A DNA stretch of 64,000 bases from assembly GCA_963718665.1 (NCBI GenBank), contig OY970359.1, positions 2,464,001 to 2,528,000 of the forward strand, in the 5' to 3' direction. Below the pieces are notes generated by a model. It ran no database searches and was not told the DNA's origin. It was given only the letters and a program-made list of their open reading frames with translations. Position numbers and translations under genes: made by a program. Positions 1-7,623 of the stretch are shown here, in pieces. Numbering within the stretch: the first letter of the stretch is position 1; every line of letters begins with the position of its first letter. The DNA comes from an uncultured Phycisphaerales bacterium. Lineage in GTDB: Bacteria > Planctomycetota > Phycisphaerae > Sedimentisphaerales > Anaerobacaceae.

Positions 1-303
1 CAATAGCCCCGTGTCCTGTATAATCAGCCCGTCGATTCCTGCTTTTTGAAGCTGGCCAATCATCATCTCCGCCGGCGCAAGCTCATCATCCTTCAAAAGC
101 GTATTCAGCGTAACATAGACCTTCGCGTAATACTGGTGAGCGAAGTCCGCGACCTGCTTTATTGATTCAACGGTGTTATACGCCGCCTCGCGTGCCCCGA
201 AGCGTTGTGCCCCCATATAGACCGCGTCCGCTCCGCATTGTATTGCTGTTATCGCTGTTGCCGCGTCCTTCGCCGGCGCCAATAATTCGATTCTTCTGGT
301 CAT
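1..303 (-). CDS. U32 family protein (RlhA/TrhP-like), runs off the window edge
   Basis: Manual translation from ATG at 303: MTRRIELLAPAKDAATAITAIQCGADAVYMGAQRFGAR...KVYVTLNT...GIDGLIIQD. ELLAPA and GADAVY are U32 hallmark motifs. Confidence 0.9.
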   Translation of the reverse strand, partial: MTRRIELLAPAKDAATAITAIQCGADAVYMGAQRFGAREAAYNTVESIKQVADFAHQYYAKVYVTLNTLLKDDELAPAEMMIGQLQKAGIDGLIIQDTGLL

Positions 304-847
304 TACTGTGATTTTAGAACAAATCACGCCTTTAGAAAAGGATTTATCGTCGCTGTTGGCTGTAGTATGATGGACAAAACTTGGAATGAGGTATTTCAAA
401 CCCGACCTTTGATATATCAAGTTTCATCCGTGACATATCATTGTTCAGCTGAGGCAATCAGCCACAAAAAGGGCTTCTACAGCGTCAAAAATGCTGTTCG
501 CCGCAAAAATGCACAAAAGGGGCACAAGAAGGGATTAGGAAAGCTTATGTTGGACTAGTTCACGGTTATCAGACACAGATTCACGCAGATTTACCTGATA
601 TTTCCCATATTAAACGCTTGGCTACGCAACCAAGCCTTCCAGTTCCATAATAATATCAAAATCTTCCTCGAATGACAATAATCCAAGCTGGTTTTTTAGA
701 TTTTGTCTCCAAATCCGCATCTTATTCAAAACGTTACTTTTATTTGGGAAACCAGATTAACATTTCTTAACGGATAATGTTATTTATGTGCCGGACCTGA
801 CGATTTTCTGTGACAACTGGCCGCACTAATTGTCAATAAACCTGTGA

Positions 848-1969
848 TTATGATGGGTATTGCGATCCTTGCTTGGCTAATTCACAACTTACGTTGTTAT
901 GCATGCTCTTCGTTTCGGGCTTCAATAGTTTCCTATTCTTCTTGTTCCTATCAGTTTTGTCAAAATAGTCGTCAATCTCATAATAGTACTTGGCAACGAG
1001 CTTCGCCTTGATTGTGATCATTTCACAAAATTCTGAAGCCCAATCTCCACTGAATTTAAAATATTTCAGGTACACATTAACAGGGCAGTAACTCACTAAC
1101 GGGTATTTTCTTGCTGATTCCGAACCGTAAGCTCTCTCTTGAATGTAGGCGCGAAGTTTGTGGTTTCTCTGTTCGTCAATACCTCTGTGTACGTCTCCAA
1201 TCGCAAATTGAGTGCCGAGCTCCATTGCTCTGTGACAAGGATAAAGAATGCCTTGCCAATCGCAAGCGAGCCCCTCGGCTGTAATGCCGCACATTTGGGG
1301 ACAACTGACCTTCTTTAACATCTCATAAAGTTGCCTCGCACAAAGCAAGATACCCTCGCCACGTAGCATTCCCTGTACCAACTTTTCGTATTCCTTCTCA
1401 AAGAGATCAACATCTTTGCGAGTATACCATCCGTAGTTCTGAATCACATTGATGTAAACTCCGTTCTGAAATCCAACATCCCATAGATATCGGAGATTAT
1501 CGTACAGACTAGGAATAATTCCAGCCTGCATCGCAATTGTAACTCTCCCTAACGAGGCCAAACGCGGCAACCATCTACTTATACGGTCAAATCCCCCCCG
1601 CATGGTATCGTGGCGTTTTTTCCGACCATCCAAGCTCAAGAGGACAGAAATTGGCTCACTTTCAAGGAGCGCCATGGTTTTTTTGCCGATTAGAGTTCCA
1701 TTTGTGACAACGCCAATACTTGTATCTGGAAGTTTATGGCGAAGAGCCTCAACTATATGTTCAAACGCATCTTTGCATAGGAGCGGTTCTCCTCCGAAAA
1801 TCTCGACATGATGCGGTCTGCATTTCACGCAGTATTCAACAAAATTATCAATTACCTCTCGGCTAGCTCTTGCCTTGGGCTGCTTATGATATTTTGTGCC
1901 CTGAAAACAATATTTGCATTCTAGGTTGCAACTCGGTGTCAACAGAATATATATGGTCTTGCTATCCAT
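848..1969 (-). CDS. Radical SAM enzyme with Twitch/degenerate SPASM domain, probable peptide maturase
   Basis: CNLECKYC (CxxxCxxC), FGGEPLL, VTNGT, SLDG; C-terminal CG...DWQGILYPCH...GDV; lies directly downstream of a Cys-rich small ORF. Confidence 0.9.
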   Translation of the reverse strand: MDSKTIYILLTPSCNLECKYCFQGTKYHKQPKARASREVIDNFVEYCVKCRPHHVEIFGGEPLLCKDAFEHIVEALRHKLPDTSIGVVTNGTLIGKKTMALLESEPISVLLSLDGRKKRHDTMRGGFDRISRWLPRLASLGRVTIAMQAGIIPSLYDNLRYLWDVGFQNGVYINVIQNYGWYTRKDVDLFEKEYEKLVQGMLRGEGILLCARQLYEMLKKVSCPQMCGITAEGLACDWQGILYPCHRAMELGTQFAIGDVHRGIDEQRNHKLRAYIQERAYGSESARKYPLVSYCPVNVYLKYFKFSGDWASEFCEMITIKAKLVAKYYYEIDDYFDKTDRNKKNRKLLKPETKSMHNNVSCELAKQGSQYPS

Positions 1970-2172
1970 TTCAACACAGTCTTTCCTTTGCGTGTCGTCG
2001 GCTCAACCTCTACAGCAACCAGTGATAAACTGAAGGTGGGTTCGAGTCACAAAGACACAAAACTCGCTTTGCGGGTAACTCGCGCCACAAAAACCAGACG
2101 TCACTTGGCAAGCATCTGGCGCAGTTCTCACTCGCTTTCTTCATCAGTTTGTTAAAAGCCGGTCCTACAGAT

Positions 2173-2535
2173 TTAGCCTTGGTTGCTCTGAAGGCACGTG
2201 AACAAACAAGCGGTTCCAATCTGACAACCGCCCGTACTACCGGTTGACTCACAACCCGATGGGGGACATCCTTCAGTCTGAAGAGCCGTGAACAAACAAG
2301 CGGTTCCAGGTTGACAACCGCCCGTACTACCGGTTGACTCACAACCCGATGGGGCACATCCTTTAGAAAGATCTTCGCAAGGTTTTACTTTAATTCGTGC
2401 GAGTATGGTTCTGCTCAATTCAATGAAATGGGATCGTTCTTCCGGTGTGGCGTATTGGTAGGCCATCCTCAATTGAGCCCACAGTGGAATTTCTTTGCCC
2501 TCTGCGTCACTCTGTCTTTTCTGATTTTTAGCCAT
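2173..2535 (-). CDS. Putative RiPP precursor peptide with duplicated Cys-rich core
   Basis: 120 aa with a strong RBS (GAAAGGAG, 6-7 nt before ATG). A 58-aa leader-like region is followed by two 30-aa repeats, GC[A/P]PSGCESTGSTGGCQ[P/I]GTACLFT[A/C]LQ; 10 Cys in total. Confidence 0.8.
   Translation of the reverse strand: MAKNQKRQSDAEGKEIPLWAQLRMAYQYATPEERSHFIELSRTILARIKVKPCEDLSKGCAPSGCESTGSTGGCQPGTACLFTALQTEGCPPSGCESTGSTGGCQIGTACLFTCLQSNQG
2187..2363. repeat. 90-bp tandem direct repeat (2 copies) inside the precursor gene
   Basis: cgtgaacaaacaagcggttcca starts at 2197 and 2287; tgacaaccgcccgtactaccggttgactcacaacccgatgggg recurs with a period of 90. Confidence 0.97.
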
Positions 2536-2800
2536 TGCTCTACTCCTTTCGACATAATAGATAGGAACTTAGATTTCATGACAATGCCCACAAGTCAAAT
2601 GCCGTCGTCCCAGTGGTATTAAGAACACCGCACGCTACACGCTCAACTATTAATTTCCCAACCGGGATTTCCCATTTAAATCTGCTCAGCTACGCCTCTT
2701 AGTCTCATTTCCAATAGAACACAGATAAGTAATACTGCGCCTGTTTTGGAACACATAGCCCACCCATGAGGTTTTCCCTCGCTCAATTCAAATATCTCCT

Positions 2801-3843
2801 TGCTTTGTAGAAACCTTTAATTAAAAGTTCTTTATGAAAAGTAAATAGAGAAGCATCAGGTTGTAGGTCAGAACTCTCATGACGCACTCGGTACTGCGAG
2901 ATTCATTCGTTCGGCTACGAAGGGCGTAGCCAAGACGACGTTTCATGCGAGACATAACACTCTCAACTTGCCATCGCTGACCAAACTTACGTTTCGGGAA
3001 GTTATTCTTCATTTGATTTCGGTAATGGCCTGTAAGCTCGCCTTTTTTACCTCGTCGGTTGTTGATAGCGATAATCGTCGAGCGGATGCCGAGATACTGA
3101 CGACAGAATTTATGGTTGGCTTCTGCGTCATATCCTGCATCACCCAAAAGCCGGTCTATAGGCAGATTAGTTACCGCCTGGGAAACTGCCGGCATAAGGT
3201 AGGAACAATCATTGCTGGGACCAGTGCTGACCAAGCCGGCAGCAATCAGATGGCTGGCATTGTGGCAGACAACCGTAAGTTTTGTCCATCGGCGATATTG
3301 CTGGGTATGTTTGCCTTGACGCATTAGAAAATGTCGGCTGACAAACCGGCTTTCCAGCCCCGTCGAATCAATGGATGCCTCGGGGCGTTCCTCGATTAAG
3401 CCATCGCGGCTGGCAATACTGAAAATGGCGGCTAACAGCTTGTCCCAAGCCCTTTTTTTAGCAGACGTTGCTGTGCTTTTTGAAGGGTAGTGTAGTGAGG
3501 AATTTTTGACAACCCAATCGCAGCTCTCAAGTCCGTGAAGTCCGCCAGCAACTGTACAATCCCACGATAGTCGGTTTGAAAAAACTGTCGCAGAGTCAAA
3601 ATGGCGAACAACTGTGCCTGTGTAAAATCGTGGCGTGAGCGATTGGCTGAATATGGCGAGAGTGCCGTTGTGGCTGTCTGAAGTGCCTGCTTTGCCAGCA
3701 TAACAGGTGATTTGGTCATAACTCCGTGTTTGGCCATCGTGGAATCCTTTCCAACGCGGTTTATGGCTGAAACCTAAGTTATTGTTATTATTAACACTTA
3801 TCGCCATGACTAAACCTTATGCTTCAATCTTTTCTACAGAGCA
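2801..3843 (-). mobile_element. Complete IS5-family insertion sequence
   Basis: Terminal inverted repeats tgctttgtagaaa (2801-2813) and tttctacagagca (3831-3843) match 12/13. A 9-bp target duplication, atatctcct, lies at 2792-2800 and 3844-3852. Confidence 0.92.
2821..3737 (-). CDS. IS5-family DDE transposase split across two frames, joined by a -1 frameshift at an A7 run (3453-3459)
   Basis: The N-terminal frame (3432-3737) reads FTQAQLFAILTLRQFFQTDYRG...IPHYTTLQK. The catalytic frame has ASIDSTG, LGDAGYD and RWQVESVMSRMKR. The junction is CTA AAA AAA GGG. Confidence 0.85.
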
Positions 3844-3937
3844 ATATCTCCTGTCATATCTGAACATATTTTTCTCCCAAGCAAGGCACAATTAAATATA
3901 TCATCCTCCACAGGTGTGGGGCCATGTTGCTTTTGTC

Positions 3938-3965
3938 AGCTTATGCAAGCCACTGAAGTTGTCAA
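3938..3965 (-). promoter_or_regulatory. Possible sigma70 promoter facing the precursor/rSAM pair
   Basis: Minus strand TTGACA-16 nt-TAAGCT. Confidence 0.35.
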
Positions 3966-4133
3966 GTAAATTTTGCCACTTTTTGGGATTTATTTTTATT
4001 AACCGTCAACAATTGGGAGCGGGGGACGCCTTTAATTGTGGGGTTTAAGCTGCGGAGGGTTTCTGCGCGATTAACGACCTTGACAGTGAATCCTGTTCCA
4101 ATTCTTTTGTGATGCTCATTTTACGAACGATTT

Positions 4134-4781
4134 TCAGCGGTCTCCGCGATCCCCGCGGTTAATGATTTCTTCTGCTCTTTTGCGCCACTGCTGGGGCCCT
4201 TTTTGCAGAAAATACTCGAACGACTCATCATCCGCCAGTTTCCCCAATATGGCTTTGCGTTCCGATGCGTCTGCTATCTTTTCGATTATGAACCCTCGAA
4301 TTGCCTCAAGCGAAGCCAGAAATTCCCCGTGCTTTTCTGTAAATATATTTTCCAGTTTCTTTCGCAGGTGTCCCGCGTAAGATGGGCAATTTCCATCGGT
4401 TCCTATCGCAATCTGTAAATCCCCTCGCTGCACCACGGCAGGTACATAAAAATCACAAAGCTCAGGCGAATCGACCACGTTGCACAATATCTCCAATTGC
4501 TGGCAATCCTTGTAAATCTGCCTGTTTAACGCCTCATCATTCGTTGCCGCGATGACCAGCGTCGCCCTTCCGATGTAATCCTTTGAATATTTGCTCTCTA
4601 TCAGCTCTGCTGTAGTCCCTGAGCATACTTTGCGAAGCATCTCATCGAGACGCGGGGCCACCACGACTAAGCGTGCGCCGCTGCACAGAATTGTCTCTGC
4701 CTTTCTTGTGGCCACGCTGCCGCCGCCGATGATAACGACTCGCCTGCCGTTCAAATCCAGGAATATCGGATATTTCGCCAT
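4134..4781 (-). CDS. sirC: Precorrin-2 dehydrogenase/sirohydrochlorin ferrochelatase (CysG N-terminal, SirC/Met8-like)
   Basis: YPIFLDL, IGGGSVATRK, CNVVDSPELCDFYVPA, IAIGTDG. Confidence 0.9.
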   Translation of the reverse strand: MAKYPIFLDLNGRRVVIIGGGSVATRKAETILCSGARLVVVAPRLDEMLRKVCSGTTAELIESKYSKDYIGRATLVIAATNDEALNRQIYKDCQQLEILCNVVDSPELCDFYVPAVVQRGDLQIAIGTDGNCPSYAGHLRKKLENIFTEKHGEFLASLEAIRGFIIEKIADASERKAILGKLADDESFEYFLQKGPQQWRKRAEEIINRGDRGDR

Positions 4782-4812
4782 AACACACCATTATACCGCG
4801 CATACTTCCTAA

Positions 4813-4841
4813 TTGAAATAATTGCCGACCTGTGTTACACT
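4813..4841 (+). promoter_or_regulatory. sigma70 promoter with extended -10
   Basis: TTGAAA-17-TACACT preceded by TG-n; lies 9 nt before the ATG at 4851. Confidence 0.55.
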
Positions 4842-4850
4842 CCTTCGATT

Positions 4851-5378
4851 ATGGCTGTGAAATTAATCAGACCGCCGTTGACGGATGCGATTATCCGCTC
4901 GCTCAAAGCGGGCGACGAGGTCATTATTGCGGGCACAATCTACACCGCCCGCGATATGGCCCATAAGCGTCTTTGTGAGGCGATTAACAAAGGAGCATCG
5001 CTGCCTTTCGATATCAAAGGCGCACTCATCTATTTCTGCGGCCCGACTCCCGCTCCTCCCGGCAGACCAATCGGCTCCGCAGGTCCGACAACCTCCGCAA
5101 GGATGGATGCCTTCAGCCCTACGCTTATCGCCGCAGGCCTCAAGGCGATGCTTGGCAAGGGCTATCGTAATCAGGCCGTCCGCGATGCTCTCAAACAGCA
5201 TTGTGCCATTCACCTTTCAACCATAGGCGGGGCAGGGGCCTTGCTTGCTAAACATATTACCTCCGCCGAGATTATCGCCTACGAAGACCTCGGCACCGAG
5301 GCAATCAGACGGCTCGAAGTTGTCGATTTCCCCGCCATCGTCGCTTACGACTGTTACGGTAATTCCGTTTATAAATGA
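4851..5378 (+). CDS. Fe-S fumarate/tartrate hydratase, beta subunit
   Basis: LKAGD...GTIYTARDMAHKR, GPTTSARMD, GGAGAL, EDLGTEAI, DFPAIVAYD. Confidence 0.92.
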   Translation: MAVKLIRPPLTDAIIRSLKAGDEVIIAGTIYTARDMAHKRLCEAINKGASLPFDIKGALIYFCGPTPAPPGRPIGSAGPTTSARMDAFSPTLIAAGLKAMLGKGYRNQAVRDALKQHCAIHLSTIGGAGALLAKHITSAEIIAYEDLGTEAIRRLEVVDFPAIVAYDCYGNSVYK

Positions 5379-6283
5379 ATAACTCCGACGTATATCTGTA
5401 TGGTATGACCGTGCTTTCAACGATTCACCAGTTGAAGGCGAAATTCCCCTTAGCGGATGGCTATCAGGAAATTACCAATACTTTTGTCATCCCTGGCGGC
5501 GAGGCGGCTAACGGCGCTATCGTGTTAAGTAACCTCGGTGTCCCCGTAACGCTTGATGGTCCCTTCCTCGGTGATGCAACCGCCGAACCTCTTTGCTCGT
5601 ATCTGAAAAATCGCAACGTCGATTGTTCCCTTCTGCATCATCACCCCAGCTTCCCCGGCTGGCGAGATATCGTCTTCTGCGATGGCGATACCCGCACCGT
5701 CTTCGGCTGGTTTGTCGATTATTTCTCCGGCGGACACAAATTCTGGAATAAACCAAATGAACAGGCAATCAAATCCGCCAAATGCGTCGCCCTCGACCCA
5801 TTCTTCGGCTCAGAATCCGAAGATGTCGCCAAATTATGCCAGAAAAATCATAAGGATTATGTAACCATCGACAGCCGTTTCGATACCGTTATCGCCAAAG
5901 GCGCAAGGGCGATTGTCTGCTCGCGGGAATTTCTCGACCGCGAATATGCGGGCATCGAACCTCAGGAGTTATTAAAGCAATACCAGTCAAACTGCGCAGG
6001 CCTTATAATTTTCACCTTCGGCAGTCGCACCGTTTTATTTGCCTCCGCGAAAACATCTGTTCAATCATTTCAACCATATCCAATAAAGGTTGTGGACACT
6101 TTGGCCGCAGGCGATACCTTCCGTGCAGGCGTCGTATATGGCATATTGAAGGGCTGGTCCGATTTGGAGGTCGTCCGTTTCGCCTCCGCCACCGCCGCCG
6201 TCTCCTGCCTCCGCTTCCCCTCTGTATATGAACCGCCTACACTTGCCGAGATAACGGATTTGATAAACTCGCGTTTGGATTAA
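5375..6283 (+). CDS. PfkB family carbohydrate kinase
   Basis: PGGEAANGA near the N-terminus; VVDTLAAGDTFRAG PfkB signature 2. Confidence 0.88.
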   Translation: MNNSDVYLYGMTVLSTIHQLKAKFPLADGYQEITNTFVIPGGEAANGAIVLSNLGVPVTLDGPFLGDATAEPLCSYLKNRNVDCSLLHHHPSFPGWRDIVFCDGDTRTVFGWFVDYFSGGHKFWNKPNEQAIKSAKCVALDPFFGSESEDVAKLCQKNHKDYVTIDSRFDTVIAKGARAIVCSREFLDREYAGIEPQELLKQYQSNCAGLIIFTFGSRTVLFASAKTSVQSFQPYPIKVVDTLAAGDTFRAGVVYGILKGWSDLEVVRFASATAAVSCLRFPSVYEPPTLAEITDLINSRLD

Positions 6284-6358
6284 ACACCCTTGTTTTCCAC
6301 CTGTGATTCTCCTATAATCGTCCTTGTCCAAAAATCGTAAAATAAAGGAGATATCCCT

Positions 6359-7399
6359 TTGAAAGTCGCGTTACTTGGTTTGATGCAGTCAGGCAAAAGC
6401 ACCCTCTTTTCCGCAATCAGCGGCAAGGCGATGTTGCCCGCCGGAACTACTAACATCGAGCAGGCAATCATAGCCTCTCCTGATGAACGAATCGAATGGC
6501 TCACTAATTTATACAAGCCAAAGAAAACGGTTCACGCGACAATCGAATGTCTCGATGTCCCCGGCCTCAACTTCTCCGACGACCACGGCCGCGCCGCCGC
6601 AAAACGCCTCATCGACCAGATTCGCATCGTCGATATGATTGCCCTCGTTATCGGCGCGTATGAAAATTCTGCCAACCCCGCCAAAGACCTCATCGACCTC
6701 CGCACCGAGCTGTTGCTTACAGACCTTGCCCTCGTAACGACGCGAATCGAAAAACTCGAAAAGGATGCCCACAAGCCCTCAAAAACCCAGGCCCACGACA
6801 AAGCCGAGCTTGAGCTTCACAAAAAACTCCAGGAGGCAATCGAATCAGAAAAGCCAATCCGCTCAGTAATCACCAGTGAGGCCGAGCTGGAAATGGTGAA
6901 GGCGCTTGGTTTTCTCACCCTCAAGCCGATGGTCGTCGCCGTAAATATAGGCGAAGGCGCACAGGAGCAGAAACTGGAAATCGCCGGCGACGCTTCAACG
7001 CCCATAATCAGTGTCTGCGCAAAGCTCGAATACGAATTGTCGCAACTGGACGCCGAAAGCAAAAAACAGTTTATGTCCGATTTGGGTATCACCGAGTCCG
7101 CCGCGGGCAAATTCGTCCACGCCTGTTTCAAAACGCTCGGCCTGATTAGCTTCCTCACCGTCGGCCCCGACGAAGTCCGCGCCTGGCCCATAAAGCAGGG
7201 CACTACCGCTCTCGACGCCGCCGGCAAAGTCCACTCCGATATCAAACGCGGCTTCATTCGCGCCGAAACATTCGCTTACAGTGATATAAAACAGTTAGGC
7301 GATGAAAAGGCCGTCAAAGCCGCCGGCAAATTCCGCCTCGAAGGCAAGGAATACGTCGTCCGTGATGGCGATATAATCAACTTCCGCTTCAACGTCTGA
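6359..7399 (+). CDS. ychF: YchF-like P-loop ATPase (divergent)
   Basis: GLMQSGKST and DVPG; C-terminal ISFLTVGPDEVRAW, AAGKVHSDIKRGFIRAE, EGKEYVVRDGDII. TTG start with an AAGGAG RBS. Confidence 0.88.
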   Translation: MKVALLGLMQSGKSTLFSAISGKAMLPAGTTNIEQAIIASPDERIEWLTNLYKPKKTVHATIECLDVPGLNFSDDHGRAAAKRLIDQIRIVDMIALVIGAYENSANPAKDLIDLRTELLLTDLALVTTRIEKLEKDAHKPSKTQAHDKAELELHKKLQEAIESEKPIRSVITSEAELEMVKALGFLTLKPMVVAVNIGEGAQEQKLEIAGDASTPIISVCAKLEYELSQLDAESKKQFMSDLGITESAAGKFVHACFKTLGLISFLTVGPDEVRAWPIKQGTTALDAAGKVHSDIKRGFIRAETFAYSDIKQLGDEKAVKAAGKFRLEGKEYVVRDGDIINFRFNV

Positions 7400-7434
7400 C
7401 CGTCCTCCGTTCTCTGTCTTCTGTCCTCCGTAAC

Positions 7435-7508
7435 TGCGGCTGAAGGGGCTCGAACCCCCAACCTTTGGTTCCGTAGACCAACGCTCTATCCAGTTGAGCT
7501 ACAGCCGC
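7435..7508 (-). tRNA. tRNA-Arg(ACG)
   Basis: Reverse complement gcggctgtagctcaactggatagagcgttggtctACGgaaccaaaggttgggggttcgagccccttcagccgca folds as a cloverleaf with a GTTCGA T-loop; CCA is not encoded. Confidence 0.96.
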
Positions 7509-7623
7509 TATTGTCGAACATAAAAATCGCCTATAATTCCACGTCCAACACCTTAATTATATGTGTCCGCCCCTGTTTTGCAAGCAAATTAGGCGGCTGT
7601 CCGCTGGTCGTGATTGTTTGGCG

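Noticed and set aside
1..303. U32 'peptidase' as leader protease of the RiPP
   Set aside because: Characterised U32 proteins are mostly Fe-S RNA/quinone hydroxylation factors. This gene lies 540 bp away with its own -10 box and host-like composition.
367..558. 63-aa ORF and other short intergenic ORFs (9025..9318, 22229..22543, 49248..49604)
   Set aside because: No RBS or motifs; they overlap promoter or repeat regions.
2010..2357. 115-aa ORF with repeats overlapping the precursor
   Set aside because: Alternative frame of the same 90-bp repeat with no RBS. The 2173..2535 frame has an SD and a coherent leader/core layout.
2187..2363. CRISPR array
   Set aside because: Two contiguous 90-bp units with no spacers, in frame in a CDS; no cas genes in the window.
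3433..3807. N-terminal part of the 328-aa transposase ORF (MAISVNNN...)
   Set aside because: Not transposase-like; the real N-terminus is in the 3432..3737 frame.
7435..7508. tRNA as integration site of an island
   Set aside because: I saw no duplicated tRNA 3' end and no integrase; ychF lies directly downstream.
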